Positions 19,101 through 28,729 are shown, numbered from the stretch's first letter. The stretch: DNA of 64,000 nt from Rickettsiaceae bacterium (GCA_029251475.1 JAQXDF010000040.1:18535-82534), one strand, 5' to 3'. The notes: generated from the sequence alone by a model not told the origin. Program-made: numbers and translations.

Positions 19101-20855
19101 CTACGCCTCTTCTGTCATTTCTTCTTCAGCCGGTTTTGGCCTTTTTATAGCAAATGGCGTTTGCGTTGGTACAAATGTAGGGGGTAAAAGTCTCTTTGTA
19201 AAGAACTTATCAGCGTAATACTTGATTTTCAGTGATTTAATTGGTGGAAAAGATTCAATTAAAACAATTTGCTCATCAGGTGGAAGCTGAATGACTTCTT
19301 GTGGTAACAGCAATGCTCTTTGAACTTTGGAAACACTTTGAGTACGAGTGGATATATTAAGATCAAAGAATAATGGCTTATTATAAGAGGTTTGTTCAAC
19401 AGTTTTATTACCACATAATTGCGAAATCAGGTTAGCTGTTTCGTAGTTATTCGCAGCAAAAGTAATCCTGAATGTTGAGTTTGATAGGAATGAGTTCATA
19501 CCAGCATCTTCGTAAGTTCCTTTTAGCTGCTGAGTATCCTGAATAATAAGGAATAAACGAACTCTATATCCACGGAAATAAGCAATACCACTTTTGAATT
19601 GCTCCATCTTACCAAGGGTTGGGAACTCATCCATCAAAAACATCACACCATAAGGCTCTTCTTTTACATCAGGAATCTTTCTGCTTAAAAATTCAGTGGC
19701 TTGTTGGTAGAAAATTTGCATCAATCTTTGCAAGCGCTGAATATTATCAGGAGTTAAGCCAACATATACCGTGGTTTTCTTTTTCTTGAATTCCATGACA
19801 TTAAAATCAGAGCTAGCTGTTGCTGCATCAATAAGTGGGTTTGCCCATAATTCTAGAGAAGAGTTCATGGTTGAAACCACACCAGAACGCTCTTTGTCAG
19901 CCTTTTGTAAAAACGCTGCAATGTTCATATATGAAACAGGGTGTATAGCATCACCTAGTGTGTCCAGTACTACAGCTAGATTATATACTACGTCATCACT
20001 CCTCATGGTGCGAACGACTTCTCCAAAGGATTTAGTCTTGGTGTCATCTGCTAATAAATATAGAACAACCCCTAAGAATAAGCTTCTTGCTTCGTTTTCC
20101 CAGAAATCCTGCTTAGGCATAATCAGATTGGAAATTTTCTGTACATCATCCACCATTTGACCAGGTTTTTTACTAACGAAATCAATAGGGTTATAGCAAT
20201 GAGTTATTCCATCTGGGTTCGAAGGTTCCCATACAAATACTTCCTGGCCTTGTTTTGCTCTCCAACCACTAGTAAGAGAATGGTTTTCTAGCTTGATATC
20301 ATGCACAATAACAGAATGTTCCCAAAATAATAAGTTTGGAATCACAAAGCCAACACCCTTACCAGAACCAGTAGGAGCAAATAATAAAGAGTGCTGGAAG
20401 CCATCTGCCACGTAGTATCCTAAATCATCCATCCCAAGCATTACGCCGTGTTTAGAGCGCAAATTAGCTCTGTCAATATCATCAGGAGTTGCCCAATTGG
20501 CAGAGCCATAGACTGATTCTTTCGGAGTGAAAAATTTCAGAGACTTAATCTTTTTGAAGTTTTTGATGTAGTATATAATCAGCAATATTGGAGGAGATAG
20601 CAACGTAAAAATTAGTTTAATTTTTATGTAATCATAAGCGGTAAAACTTAATTGCCCCCAAGAAGACACTAACCAACTTCCCCATTTATACGCAATGCCA
20701 ATAGTAACAAAATTTAGTTCGATATGTTTATATTCATTTGTGACAAATGCAGTTAGTGCACCGCTCATCCATAGAGTCGCAAGCATGGCAAAAGGGTGGA
20801 TAACCATGTGTCCAAAAATATTTCTTGCTGTCTTTAATATTTTATTAAATCCCAT
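19101..20855 (-). CDS. virD4: Type IV secretion coupling protein VirD4
   Basis: 584 aa with N-terminal TM segments, Walker A FAPTGSGKGVG, and a conserved T4CP core. It overlaps virB11 by 11 nt. Confidence 0.93.
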   Translation of the reverse strand: MGFNKILKTARNIFGHMVIHPFAMLATLWMSGALTAFVTNEYKHIELNFVTIGIAYKWGSWLVSSWGQLSFTAYDYIKIKLIFTLLSPPILLIIYYIKNFKKIKSLKFFTPKESVYGSANWATPDDIDRANLRSKHGVMLGMDDLGYYVADGFQHSLLFAPTGSGKGVGFVIPNLLFWEHSVIVHDIKLENHSLTSGWRAKQGQEVFVWEPSNPDGITHCYNPIDFVSKKPGQMVDDVQKISNLIMPKQDFWENEARSLFLGVVLYLLADDTKTKSFGEVVRTMRSDDVVYNLAVVLDTLGDAIHPVSYMNIAAFLQKADKERSGVVSTMNSSLELWANPLIDAATASSDFNVMEFKKKKTTVYVGLTPDNIQRLQRLMQIFYQQATEFLSRKIPDVKEEPYGVMFLMDEFPTLGKMEQFKSGIAYFRGYRVRLFLIIQDTQQLKGTYEDAGMNSFLSNSTFRITFAANNYETANLISQLCGNKTVEQTSYNKPLFFDLNISTRTQSVSKVQRALLLPQEVIQLPPDEQIVLIESFPPIKSLKIKYYADKFFTKRLLPPTFVPTQTPFAIKRPKPAEEEMTEEA

Positions 20856-21840
20856 CGCTACCCTTCATTCCCTTGAAATATATTTCAGAGACAAATCTTT
20901 TTCCGCCATCACCTCTTTTTAGCTGCACTACTATATCTACAACAGCAAGGATATATTTTCTGACTTCTTCCGGTGGGAGGCCTAATCCAGCTTGCATAAC
21001 CATTAGCTTTAATTGTTCAAGCGCCATAGCAGGAGTGTCTGCATGCAGAGTTGAGATTGAACCAGGGTGTCCTGTATTAATTGCACGCAAGAAACTAAAT
21101 GCTTCTGATCCACGCAACTCTCCAACAATAATTCTATCCGGACGCAAACGTAAACAAGCTTCGATTAGATCTTGTGTAGTTACTTTTGCACGACCTTGCC
21201 CACCTTTAGAAACAAGTAAATGCACGCGATTAGGAGATTGATTGATAACTATTTCACGCGCATCTTCAACAGTAATTAGGCGTTCATTTTTTGGTATTTC
21301 TCCAAGAGCCGCATTTGTAAATGTAGTTTTACCAGTCGATGTACCGCCACTTATAATAATATTTTTCTTACAAAGTACAGCGTGCCGTATAAATTCTTTG
21401 ATGTTTTTTTGCTCAAGATAATCGCATAAAATTTTGTCATTACCATCTACTAAACTTTCTGTAGAAGTATTCTCAAAGGCTCCCATTTCTTCATACTTAT
21501 CCAAAGACAAGCTCATGGTGCTACCCTTTCTTATAGAAAAAGCAATAAGTGATGGCTCAACAGCTGGAGGGAACACAACCTGGATTCTGTATCCATTAGG
21601 TAATGTGGCTGAAAGCAAGGGGGTTTCATCAGAAATGACCTGGTCTGTTGACTGTGCAACTAGCCGTCCTAAACCTAATAAATGGTCTATATCAAGTTCA
21701 GGCAACTCCACTAATCGTAAATCGCCAGCCTTTTCAACCCAAACTTCTCCAGGCTTGTTAATCATAACTTCATTTACGCCATCTTCTGCAAAGATATTTT
21801 TTAACGGTAGAAGATAGGTTTCTAAAGCTGCATAATTCAT
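20845..21840 (-). CDS. virB11: Type IV secretion ATPase VirB11
   Basis: 331 aa with Walker A GGTSTGKTTF, RPDRIIVGELRG and a His box (TGHPGSISTLHA). Confidence 0.95.
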   Translation of the reverse strand: MNYAALETYLLPLKNIFAEDGVNEVMINKPGEVWVEKAGDLRLVELPELDIDHLLGLGRLVAQSTDQVISDETPLLSATLPNGYRIQVVFPPAVEPSLIAFSIRKGSTMSLSLDKYEEMGAFENTSTESLVDGNDKILCDYLEQKNIKEFIRHAVLCKKNIIISGGTSTGKTTFTNAALGEIPKNERLITVEDAREIVINQSPNRVHLLVSKGGQGRAKVTTQDLIEACLRLRPDRIIVGELRGSEAFSFLRAINTGHPGSISTLHADTPAMALEQLKLMVMQAGLGLPPEEVRKYILAVVDIVVQLKRGDGGKRFVSEIYFKGMKGSDGI

Positions 21841-23270
21841 CTCATGGACCTGCTTTTAGTTAGAGCAGCCTTTGGAAATAAATAATCCTTATTGACATAG
21901 ATTTTAATTGCAGTCCCCTGGTCTATAGTGATAGTAGGCGTAAATGTTTGCTCTTCCACTAATGTTTTTACTACATCAGAAACATCTGTGAAAGCCTGCT
22001 TAGAAGCGGCCTGAGCTTGGGTTTCAGTAACGTTTGCTGTTGTGCCTTGTACTAATGTATCTGACCCAGAATTAACGGCCGTTGCGACAGCAGTTAATTT
22101 AGCAGTGTCATCGGCATATGTAGTAGCATCACAGGCTGTTTTGATAGTTGAGTACAAAGGTAATGTTTGGTCTGTTATAGCAGCTTGAGTCTGTGTACAG
22201 ATAGCTAGCGACTTTGCTGCAGCAGTAGCATAAGTCGTATCATCTATAAGTATTGTACTAGCAATTGTTTTTACATTAGATGCAGTTTGGTTAAGAGATG
22301 CAGCAGCTGCGGTGCTAGTGGCTGGCTTAACTAGCGAGTCAAGGCCACTAGCAAGAGTAACATTAAAGACTGATCTCAGAATAGCATTTGAAAAACGTTC
22401 TTTAAATTTATTATCTACCCTGCCTTGATTGCCTTTTCTTCCAAGTTGATCCGTTCCTGTTCCGCTAAGATTCAGAGTATAGCCATTAGCTAAATCAACT
22501 CTAGTCCACTCTATGGCAATTCGGCCATATGCACCATCTATGCCAGTAGAATAACTCCCGAAAATGCGGGAACCTTTTGGTAACAGAATGTTTTTGCCCC
22601 ATTCAGAGTAGATGTCTCTACTTATGATACCACGAATTTCCCCTCCTATGTCAGTGTTAATAGGAGTTTCAATGATTGCATCTAGCATCTTGCCACGACC
22701 AAGAACTAAATTCATATCTCCACGATATTTAAAATCAGCTTCTTGTTGAAGCTGTTCAGCTGTTTTTACATTCTGTGTTCCCGAGACTAAGATCATCGAT
22801 GATTTTCTTTTTGCCTCTAATCTTTTGTTAGTAGTATCATCCTGCTTATTGTTAAATAAAGCGGGTTGCTCTGGCAAACCAATGGTCTCAGGTGGCGTTA
22901 CCACTGGAGTACTAGGCAGTTCTGGTGGTAACGTTGGGGGAGAGGGCAGTGGTTCGGCTTCCGGAGCAGCAGGCGGCAATGGATCTTCTAGCTTTGGAGG
23001 CGTTGGTAGTGTTGGGATTGATGGGGTGTCATCAATTGAGTCGTCCTCTATGGGCTTTATAACGTTCGAGGGCATTGGGACCACTTCAATCTTTTGATCA
23101 GCATCATCATTGCCAATAAAAAGATTGAAAAATAGATAGGCAAATACACTTAATATTAGAGCTAATATTAGCATGTTTTGTTTAGGATTAGTCGCTACTT
23201 GAGAAAGCTCTTGTAATACTTCTGGAGAGTCTTTTTCCTGCGCCTGATTTGAGTTATCATTTTGTGACAT
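21837..23270 (-). CDS. virB10: Type IV secretion protein VirB10
   Basis: 477 aa. Has an N-terminal TM, a Pro-rich linker (PTLPTPPKLEDPLPPAAPEAEPLPSPPTLPPELPSTP) and a conserved C-terminal barrel (DAIIETPINTD..., ITIDQGTAIKIYVNKDY). Overlaps virB11 by 4 nt. Confidence 0.92.
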   Translation of the reverse strand: MSQNDNSNQAQEKDSPEVLQELSQVATNPKQNMLILALILSVFAYLFFNLFIGNDDADQKIEVVPMPSNVIKPIEDDSIDDTPSIPTLPTPPKLEDPLPPAAPEAEPLPSPPTLPPELPSTPVVTPPETIGLPEQPALFNNKQDDTTNKRLEAKRKSSMILVSGTQNVKTAEQLQQEADFKYRGDMNLVLGRGKMLDAIIETPINTDIGGEIRGIISRDIYSEWGKNILLPKGSRIFGSYSTGIDGAYGRIAIEWTRVDLANGYTLNLSGTGTDQLGRKGNQGRVDNKFKERFSNAILRSVFNVTLASGLDSLVKPATSTAAAASLNQTASNVKTIASTILIDDTTYATAAAKSLAICTQTQAAITDQTLPLYSTIKTACDATTYADDTAKLTAVATAVNSGSDTLVQGTTANVTETQAQAASKQAFTDVSDVVKTLVEEQTFTPTITIDQGTAIKIYVNKDYLFPKAALTKSRSMR

Positions 23271-23273
23271 AAA

Positions 23274-23690
23274 TTACCTAGATTTTTTTGGATATTGGAA
23301 TCGCATTACATACACTAAATCTTTTTCTGCCCCGTCCTCTAGCTCTGTAGCTGTTATATCAAAATGATATGTTCTGAGGTTGGTTATTATGGTCATATTT
23401 GTTCTAATATTAAATTCCAGCGGTTTTATAAATAATCTATTACCAAGCGGAGTCACTTTCCATGCGTAAGAATCTCCCATTGTAAGAGTTTCGATAGACT
23501 CATTTGGAGCAAATTCTATGCTAGACTGAAATCCAAAATGAAGAGGTAGTAAATACACTTCATTAGGGCTATAAATATAGGATTTAATTCGCCTATCTTT
23601 TGTTAGCTCTATATCATAGTTAGAAGAGGCCAAACTCAATGGGGAATTTAATACTATTAGTAATGTTATAATAATTCTAACTACTATCAT
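23274..23690 (-). CDS. virB9: VirB9 homolog with the N-terminal domain only (RvhB9b-like)
   Basis: 138 aa: signal peptide plus the VirB9 N-domain pattern (YSPNEVYLLPLHFGFQSSIEFAPNESIETLTMGDSYAWKV...TNMTIITNLRTYHFDI...RFQYP). The stop is 3 nt before the virB10 ATG, leaving no room for the C-terminal domain. Confidence 0.8.
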   Translation of the reverse strand: MIVVRIIITLLIVLNSPLSLASSNYDIELTKDRRIKSYIYSPNEVYLLPLHFGFQSSIEFAPNESIETLTMGDSYAWKVTPLGNRLFIKPLEFNIRTNMTIITNLRTYHFDITATELEDGAEKDLVYVMRFQYPKKSR

Positions 23691-24405
23691 CGTCTACCCT
23701 ATATCCTATTACTTGAAAACCTATTGGATTGATATCTCTTTCTTGGTCGCTCAATTCCATAGGTAAATATTTAAATTCTACTACAGCAATTTTATTAAAA
23801 GATGCTCTAGCCCCCGCTGTTTCGTTGATTGAAAATCTAAGAATATATTTTTGATTTGATAATTTGGACCAAGACCTAACGAGTAAGTATGTGGTATTTT
23901 TTTGTCCGTATTTTATACTTGGATTGACTGCTTTGTTTTTTAGAAAACCTCTATAGTCCCAATATACTGAGTTAGAAGAGAGTAATTTGATAGTTTTGTT
24001 AGCTATGGTATCAAAATCTACAGGATTATAGGTCTCTCGTGAGATCACGTACTTTTTTATAAAATACTGTGCTAAAGCTTCGTTTCCACTAAGAACGCTA
24101 GAAGAAATAGGGTTAACAACTTTGGCTATGCCAGTAGTGTCGTCAATTTGAACAACAAACGGATCGAAGCGCTTTGTATTTGTTATATAGGTTATGACTA
24201 CAATAGAAACAATTTACAAGCATAGTAAGATTAGCGTTAGAACAAACATAAGATTGCGTTGCACAATGATTGCATCATAGTGTTCTTCTGACCAAGTTCT
24301 CCCTTTAGTCGGAGTCTTTGTGGGACTAGCATTTTCTGCTTGAGGAGGTGAGCTAGGAGTCTCTTCTTGCTTAAATTTGCCGAGCAAGTTGCTAATTTTG
24401 AACAT
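23677..24405 (-). pseudogene. virB8: VirB8, full length (243 codons), interrupted by one in-frame TAA at 24214-24216 inside the TM helix
   Basis: ORF 24214-24405 (..FVLTLILLCL*) and the downstream sequence share one frame: IVSIVVITYITNTKRFDPFVVQIDDTTGIAKVV...YFIKKYVISRETYNP...NPIGFQVIGYRVDD. That is a complete VirB8 periplasmic domain. Confidence 0.8.
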
Positions 24406-24842
24406 AATGAACTAATAATTCCAATTATTTTTATAAGTTTTCGTCTCTATTCTATTATGTAGCAGTTATTGCAATAAAATAAATCAAAATTGTTATCAGC
24501 AAATGAAGTTAAGGTCGCTTTTTTTATTATTAGTTGCTTTTAGATTATATTTAAGCGTTTTAACAACATTATCGCGCTTAATCTATTGTATATAAGTTTA
24601 ATATTTAACTAGAACAAAAAGGGTTTGTAGAAATTAAGATCTGCTATATAATTAGTTAATTAATTCATTATCAGCCAGATAGTCTGGATATGTATAGGGG
24701 GATCCAGAAGCTAAAAGATGACATGCCTGGAGTGTTTTCCGCGCAATGTGTAATTAGAACCGATGAGGCTAGTGATGTGATATTAAGCTGGATGATTTTA
24801 TCAGATGTATGGAGTCTAGGAATGCAGAAGGGGATATAATTC

Positions 24843-25280
24843 ATGAATCAATGCGCGAAAAGCGTCTTCAACTGTATAAGAAAGAAAAAAATAATGCAGT
24901 CTAAGGTGTGGAAGGATATAGAATCTTTAGAGAATTCTATATCATCTATGTCTGGTTATGGAGAGCCAATAGATCTGTCTGTAAATGCAGCAGAAGATTC
25001 TTGTAATAGTAGTAAAAATAAATCACTAGATATTATAACACAAGATACAGATTCAATAGATTTTGATCAAGTGCTTCAATCTTTGGATAGAGGAGTTTTT
25101 CTGGATTTAGATAATAAAGATATTTTAAATTCAAAGAGGTTATCTAGAGCAAATTCTAGTATTAGTGGAGTGTTAGAGTCTATTAATAAAAGGAAGAAAA
25201 TTGATAATTCTTGCAATAGTTTTGTCAGGAACTATCAGGCTACCTTAGCTAAAGATGGATCAAAGGGGCATATAAGATAG
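24843..25280 (+). CDS. Hypothetical protein (orphan; Ser/Asn/Asp-rich)
   Basis: 145-aa ORF with an AAGGGGA Shine-Dalgarno about 10 nt upstream. No recognisable domain. Transcribed divergently from the virB operon. Confidence 0.45.
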   Translation: MNQCAKSVFNCIRKKKIMQSKVWKDIESLENSISSMSGYGEPIDLSVNAAEDSCNSSKNKSLDIITQDTDSIDFDQVLQSLDRGVFLDLDNKDILNSKRLSRANSSISGVLESINKRKKIDNSCNSFVRNYQATLAKDGSKGHIR

Positions 25281-25308
25281 GTTTTGCCTGGCGTTGGCGC
25301 ATAGTACT

Positions 25309-26043
25309 CTATGTTTTTAATAAATAAAACATAATACTTGCTGCATTGGATGCATTTAGGCTCTCTACTTGCTCAGCGATGTGTATTCTAACTAAGAAGT
25401 CACAGCTTTCTGAAGTGAGTCTGCGCATACCTTTGCCTTCGGATCCTATGATAATTGCTAATTTCTCAGTTGTGGCGATGTCATTGATATTTGCAGACCC
25501 GTTGCCATCTAGTCCAGCAATCCAAAATCCTAGTGACTTTAGTTTATCTATCGCGTTTTTTATGTTGGTGACTTTTACAATTTGCATTAATTCAAGGCAA
25601 CCACATGCCGCTTTAGCTATACCAGCGTTTTCATCTGGAGAATTATCGCTTGGTAATATAAGTTTATTGATGCCAAATGCAGCTGCGCTACGTATAATTG
25701 CTCCAATATTTTGTGGATCAGATACTTGATCAAGTATTACAATTCTGTCTTTGCTGTCAGAAAAGTCCAAATCCTCTATTTTATTTTTAAAAATGGTGTT
25801 TACTAGAGCTATTACCCCCTGATGGGCCTGGTCTTTACCGATTTTTTTTGTAATAAAGTCATTTTGCACTACTTCTATGCACGCATTAGGTAATTTTTTT
25901 TGCAATTCTGGTAATTGCTTTTGCAGGCAGTAAACTTGCTTAATAATTCTGTCTTTATTATTTGCAGCGGCAATTACTGCATGCTGACCATACATATAGT
26001 ATTGAGCTTTGTTTAGTGTGCTATGTTTTTGCTGGTGTGCCAT
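25309..26043 (-). CDS. rlmB: SpoU/TrmH-family RNA 2'-O-methyltransferase (RlmB-like)
   Basis: 244 aa with SPOUT motifs DQVSDPQNIGAIIRSAAAFG, IIGSEGKGM and SLNASNAASI. Confidence 0.85.
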   Translation of the reverse strand: MAHQQKHSTLNKAQYYMYGQHAVIAAANNKDRIIKQVYCLQKQLPELQKKLPNACIEVVQNDFITKKIGKDQAHQGVIALVNTIFKNKIEDLDFSDSKDRIVILDQVSDPQNIGAIIRSAAAFGINKLILPSDNSPDENAGIAKAACGCLELMQIVKVTNIKNAIDKLKSLGFWIAGLDGNGSANINDIATTEKLAIIIGSEGKGMRRLTSESCDFLVRIHIAEQVESLNASNAASIMFYLLKT

Positions 26044-26214
26044 TATGCAATAATCTTTTTGTTTAAAATGTTCTTGACATAAACTACTATTTATTATAAA
26101 AACTTACAACCAAACATTTAGATATACCGCCATTTAATGGAATCTTTTTACGTTTATCGTGAATTAATTCTTGCGTTTATTGCTTAGGTGGTTTATTTTG
26201 CTGTAAGTTCCTAT

Positions 26215-26300
26215 GGAGGGGTGGCCGAGCGGTCAAAGGCAGCAGACTGTAAATCTGCCCGCGTATGCGTACGAAGGTTCGAATCCTTCTCCCTCCACCA
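26215..26300 (+). tRNA. tRNA-Tyr (anticodon GTA), long variable arm, CCA encoded
   Basis: GGAGGGG acceptor stem, anticodon loop CTGTAAA, long extra arm, T-loop GGTTCGAATCC, and 3' TCCCTCCACCA. Confidence 0.93.
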
Positions 26301-26336
26301 CTCTAACTTTAGTTGGTTTGGGTAGATAAAGAAAAT

Positions 26337-26410
26337 GCGGGTGTAGCTCAATGGTAGAGCCCCAGCCTTCCAAGCTGGTTGTGTGGGTTCGATCCCCATC
26401 ACCCGCTCCA
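26337..26410 (+). tRNA. tRNA-Gly (anticodon TCC), CCA encoded
   Basis: GCGGGTG acceptor stem, D-loop AGCTCAATGGTAGAGC, anticodon loop CTTCCAA, T-loop GGTTCGATCC, and 3' CACCCGCTCCA. Confidence 0.93.
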
Positions 26411-26488
26411 TTACTAACTATTATAAGTAGTGGAACATGAGTTGTTGTTGAATTGTTAAACTAGTAAATATTTCAGGAGATTGAAATT

Positions 26489-27667
26489 ATGGCAAAAGAA
26501 AAATTTGAACGGAATAAGCCGCACTGTAACATTGGTACTATTGGTCACGTGGATCATGGTAAAACCTCTCTTACAGCTGCTATTACACTATCCTTGTCTA
26601 AGCAAGGTATGGCTAAGGCTTCTAAATATGATGATATTGATGGTGCTCCAGAGGAAAAAGAAAGGGGTATTACTATATCTACTGCTCACGTTGAGTACGA
26701 AACAGCGAATAGACACTATGCTCACGTAGATTGTCCAGGTCACGCCGATTATGTTAAGAACATGATCACTGGTGCTGCTCAAATGGATGGTGCTATCTTG
26801 GTAGTATCAGCTGCTGATGGTCCTATGCCACAAACAAGAGAGCACATCTTGTTGGCTCGTCAGGTTGGCGTTCCAGCTCTTGTTGTTTTCTTAAATAAAG
26901 TAGATCAAGTTGATGATCCTGAGCTTCTAGAATTAGTTGAAATGGAAGTTAGAGAGCTTCTTTCTGCTTATGATTTCCCAGGTGATGATATCCCTGTTAT
27001 TAAAGGTTCAGCTCTACAAGTGCTGGAAGGAAAAGATGAAAAATGTATTGAAGAGCTAATGGCAGCTGTTGATTCATATATTCCTCAGCCTGAGCGTGAA
27101 ACTGATAAAACTTTCCTAATGCCAATTGAAGATGTATTCTCTATTTCTGGTCGTGGAACAGTTGTAACTGGTAGAATCGAGAAAGGTATAGTTAATGTTG
27201 GAGACGATCTAGAGATAGTTGGTATTAACCCAACAACAAAAACTACTTGTACTGGTGTTGAAATGTTTAGAAAGCTTCTTGATTCAGGTGAAGCTGGTGA
27301 TAACGTTGGTGTATTGTTGCGTGGTACAAAAAGAGAGGATGTTGTTAGAGGTCAAGTTCTAGCTAAACCTGGTAGTATTACTCCTCACACTGAGTTCGAA
27401 GCAGAGATTTATGTTTTGACAAAAGATGAAGGTGGTCGCCATACTCCATTCTTTAAAAATTATCGTCCACAGTTCTATTTCAGAACTACTGACGTTACTG
27501 GTGAGGTTGAATTGCCAGAAGGTAAGGAAATGGTAATGCCTGGTGATAACACAAAAATCGTTGTTAAAATGATTTCTCCAGTTGCTATGGATGAAGGTCT
27601 ACGTTTTGCTATCCGTGAAGGTGGTAGAACTGTTGGTGCTGGTGTTGTATCAAAAATTATTAAGTAA
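26489..27667 (+). CDS. tuf: Elongation factor Tu
   Basis: 392 aa: [33 protein letters not shown]..., [12 protein letters not shown]. Confidence 0.98.
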   Translation: MAKEKFERNKPHCNIGTIGHVDHGKTSLTAAITLSLSKQGMAKASKYDDIDGAPEEKERGITISTAHVEYETANRHYAHVDCPGHADYVKNMITGAAQMDGAILVVSAADGPMPQTREHILLARQVGVPALVVFLNKVDQVDDPELLELVEMEVRELLSAYDFPGDDIPVIKGSALQVLEGKDEKCIEELMAAVDSYIPQPERETDKTFLMPIEDVFSISGRGTVVTGRIEKGIVNVGDDLEIVGINPTTKTTCTGVEMFRKLLDSGEAGDNVGVLLRGTKREDVVRGQVLAKPGSITPHTEFEAEIYVLTKDEGGRHTPFFKNYRPQFYFRTTDVTGEVELPEGKEMVMPGDNTKIVVKMISPVAMDEGLRFAIREGGRTVGAGVVSKIIK

Positions 27668-27673
27668 TGAAAG

Positions 27674-27702
27674 TGACCCGGTTCGATTTTTGGGCCGGGT
27701 CA
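27674..27702 (+). terminator. Hairpin after tuf (possible weak terminator or attenuator)
   Basis: TGACCCGG (27674-27681) pairs with CCGGGTCA (27695-27702). No U-tract follows. A second 7-bp hairpin, ATCCTTA/TAAGGAT, lies at 27715-27734. Confidence 0.3.
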
Positions 27703-27764
27703 AACAAAATAAGTATCCTTATGTATTTAAGGATCTTGCTGGCTGTTTTAAATAAAGGTTGATA

Positions 27765-28082
27765 ATGAATAATCAAAAGATAAAAATCAAGCTCAAGTCG
27801 TTTGATCATCGCTCTTTAGAGCATGCTACTGGCGAAATTGTGAGTGCTGTTAAGCGCACTGGTGCAGATGTCAGTGGTCCAATTCCTCTTCCGAGGCGCA
27901 TTGAGAGATTTACTGTAATTAGAGGTCCTCACGTAGATAAAAAGGCTAGAGAGCAGTTTGAAATCAGAACTCAAAAAAGACTCGTGATTATTAATTATCC
28001 TACTCCGCAAACTGTTGAAGCTTTAAGAAAAGTTGACCTGCCAGCCGGTGTTGATGTTGAAATTAAATTGGTAGGAGCTTAA
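27765..28082 (+). CDS. rpsJ: 30S ribosomal protein S10
   Basis: [15 protein letters not shown]... The ATG at 27765 (AAAGG SD upstream) is preferred to the TTG at 27759 used in the ORF track. Confidence 0.95.
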   Translation: MNNQKIKIKLKSFDHRSLEHATGEIVSAVKRTGADVSGPIPLPRRIERFTVIRGPHVDKKAREQFEIRTQKRLVIINYPTPQTVEALRKVDLPAGVDVEIKLVGA

Positions 28083-28084
28083 AG

Positions 28085-28729
28085 ATGAGAACTGGTATAA
28101 TCGCAAAAAAATTGGGCATGAGCTCAATGTTCACAGAAAAAGGCGAAAGAATTACACTTACATTTTTACAAATGGATAACTGTCAGGTAGTTGGTCATAA
28201 AACTATGGCTAAAGATGGTTATGTTGCTTTGGTATTAGGAGCTGTTCTTAAGAAGGCTTCTAAGGTTTCTAAGTCAATGAAAACCGTTTTTGCAAATGCT
28301 AAAGTTGAGCCAAGAGCTATTCTAAAAGAGTTTAGAGTTAATGAAGAAAACCTACTTTCTGTTGGTTCTGAAGTTAAGCCAACTCATTATAAAATAGGTC
28401 AATATATTGACGTATCTGGTCGTTCTATCGGTAAGGGTTTTGCTGGTGTTATGAAAAGACACAATTTTGCTGGTTTAGAGGCTACTCACGGTGTATCTAT
28501 TTCTCACCGTTCTCATGGTTCTACGGGGCAATGTCAAGACCCAGGTAAAGTTTTCAAAGGTAAGAAAATGGCTGGTCACATGGGTGATAGAAGTGTTACT
28601 ATTCAAAACTTACAAGTTGTAGAAATAGATGAAGAGAAGGGGCTGCTTATCGTTAGTGGTAATGTTCCTGGATCTAAAGGAAGTTATGTGTTCGTTAAGG
28701 ACGCTGTAAAAAAAGCAATTACTGCTTAA
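28085..28729 (+). CDS. rplC: 50S ribosomal protein L3
   Basis: 214 aa, [16 protein letters not shown]...; in S10 operon order. Confidence 0.96.
   Translation: MRTGIIAKKLGMSSMFTEKGERITLTFLQMDNCQVVGHKTMAKDGYVALVLGAVLKKASKVSKSMKTVFANAKVEPRAILKEFRVNEENLLSVGSEVKPTHYKIGQYIDVSGRSIGKGFAGVMKRHNFAGLEATHGVSISHRSHGSTGQCQDPGKVFKGKKMAGHMGDRSVTIQNLQVVEIDEEKGLLIVSGNVPGSKGSYVFVKDAVKKAITA

Noticed and set aside
19087-19102. Perfect palindrome AGTGTTTTAAAACACT overlapping the virD4 stop, considered as a terminator
   Set aside because: On the transcribed (minus) strand it is followed by an A-run, not a U-run, and ppx continues 67 nt downstream in the same orientation. It is a weak AT-only stem and likely fortuitous.
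24503-24595. 30-codon hydrophobic ORF (MKLRSLFLLLVAFRLYLSVLTTLSRLIYCI) in the virB8 upstream spacer; possible VirB7-like lipoprotein or small membrane protein
   Set aside because: It is on the strand opposite the vir operon, has no lipobox Cys after the signal-like part, and has no convincing SD. It is too short to distinguish from chance.
26211-26411. 66-aa minus-strand ORF in the track
   Set aside because: It is exactly antisense to tRNA-Tyr and tRNA-Gly, so it is a reading-frame artefact of the structured RNA genes.
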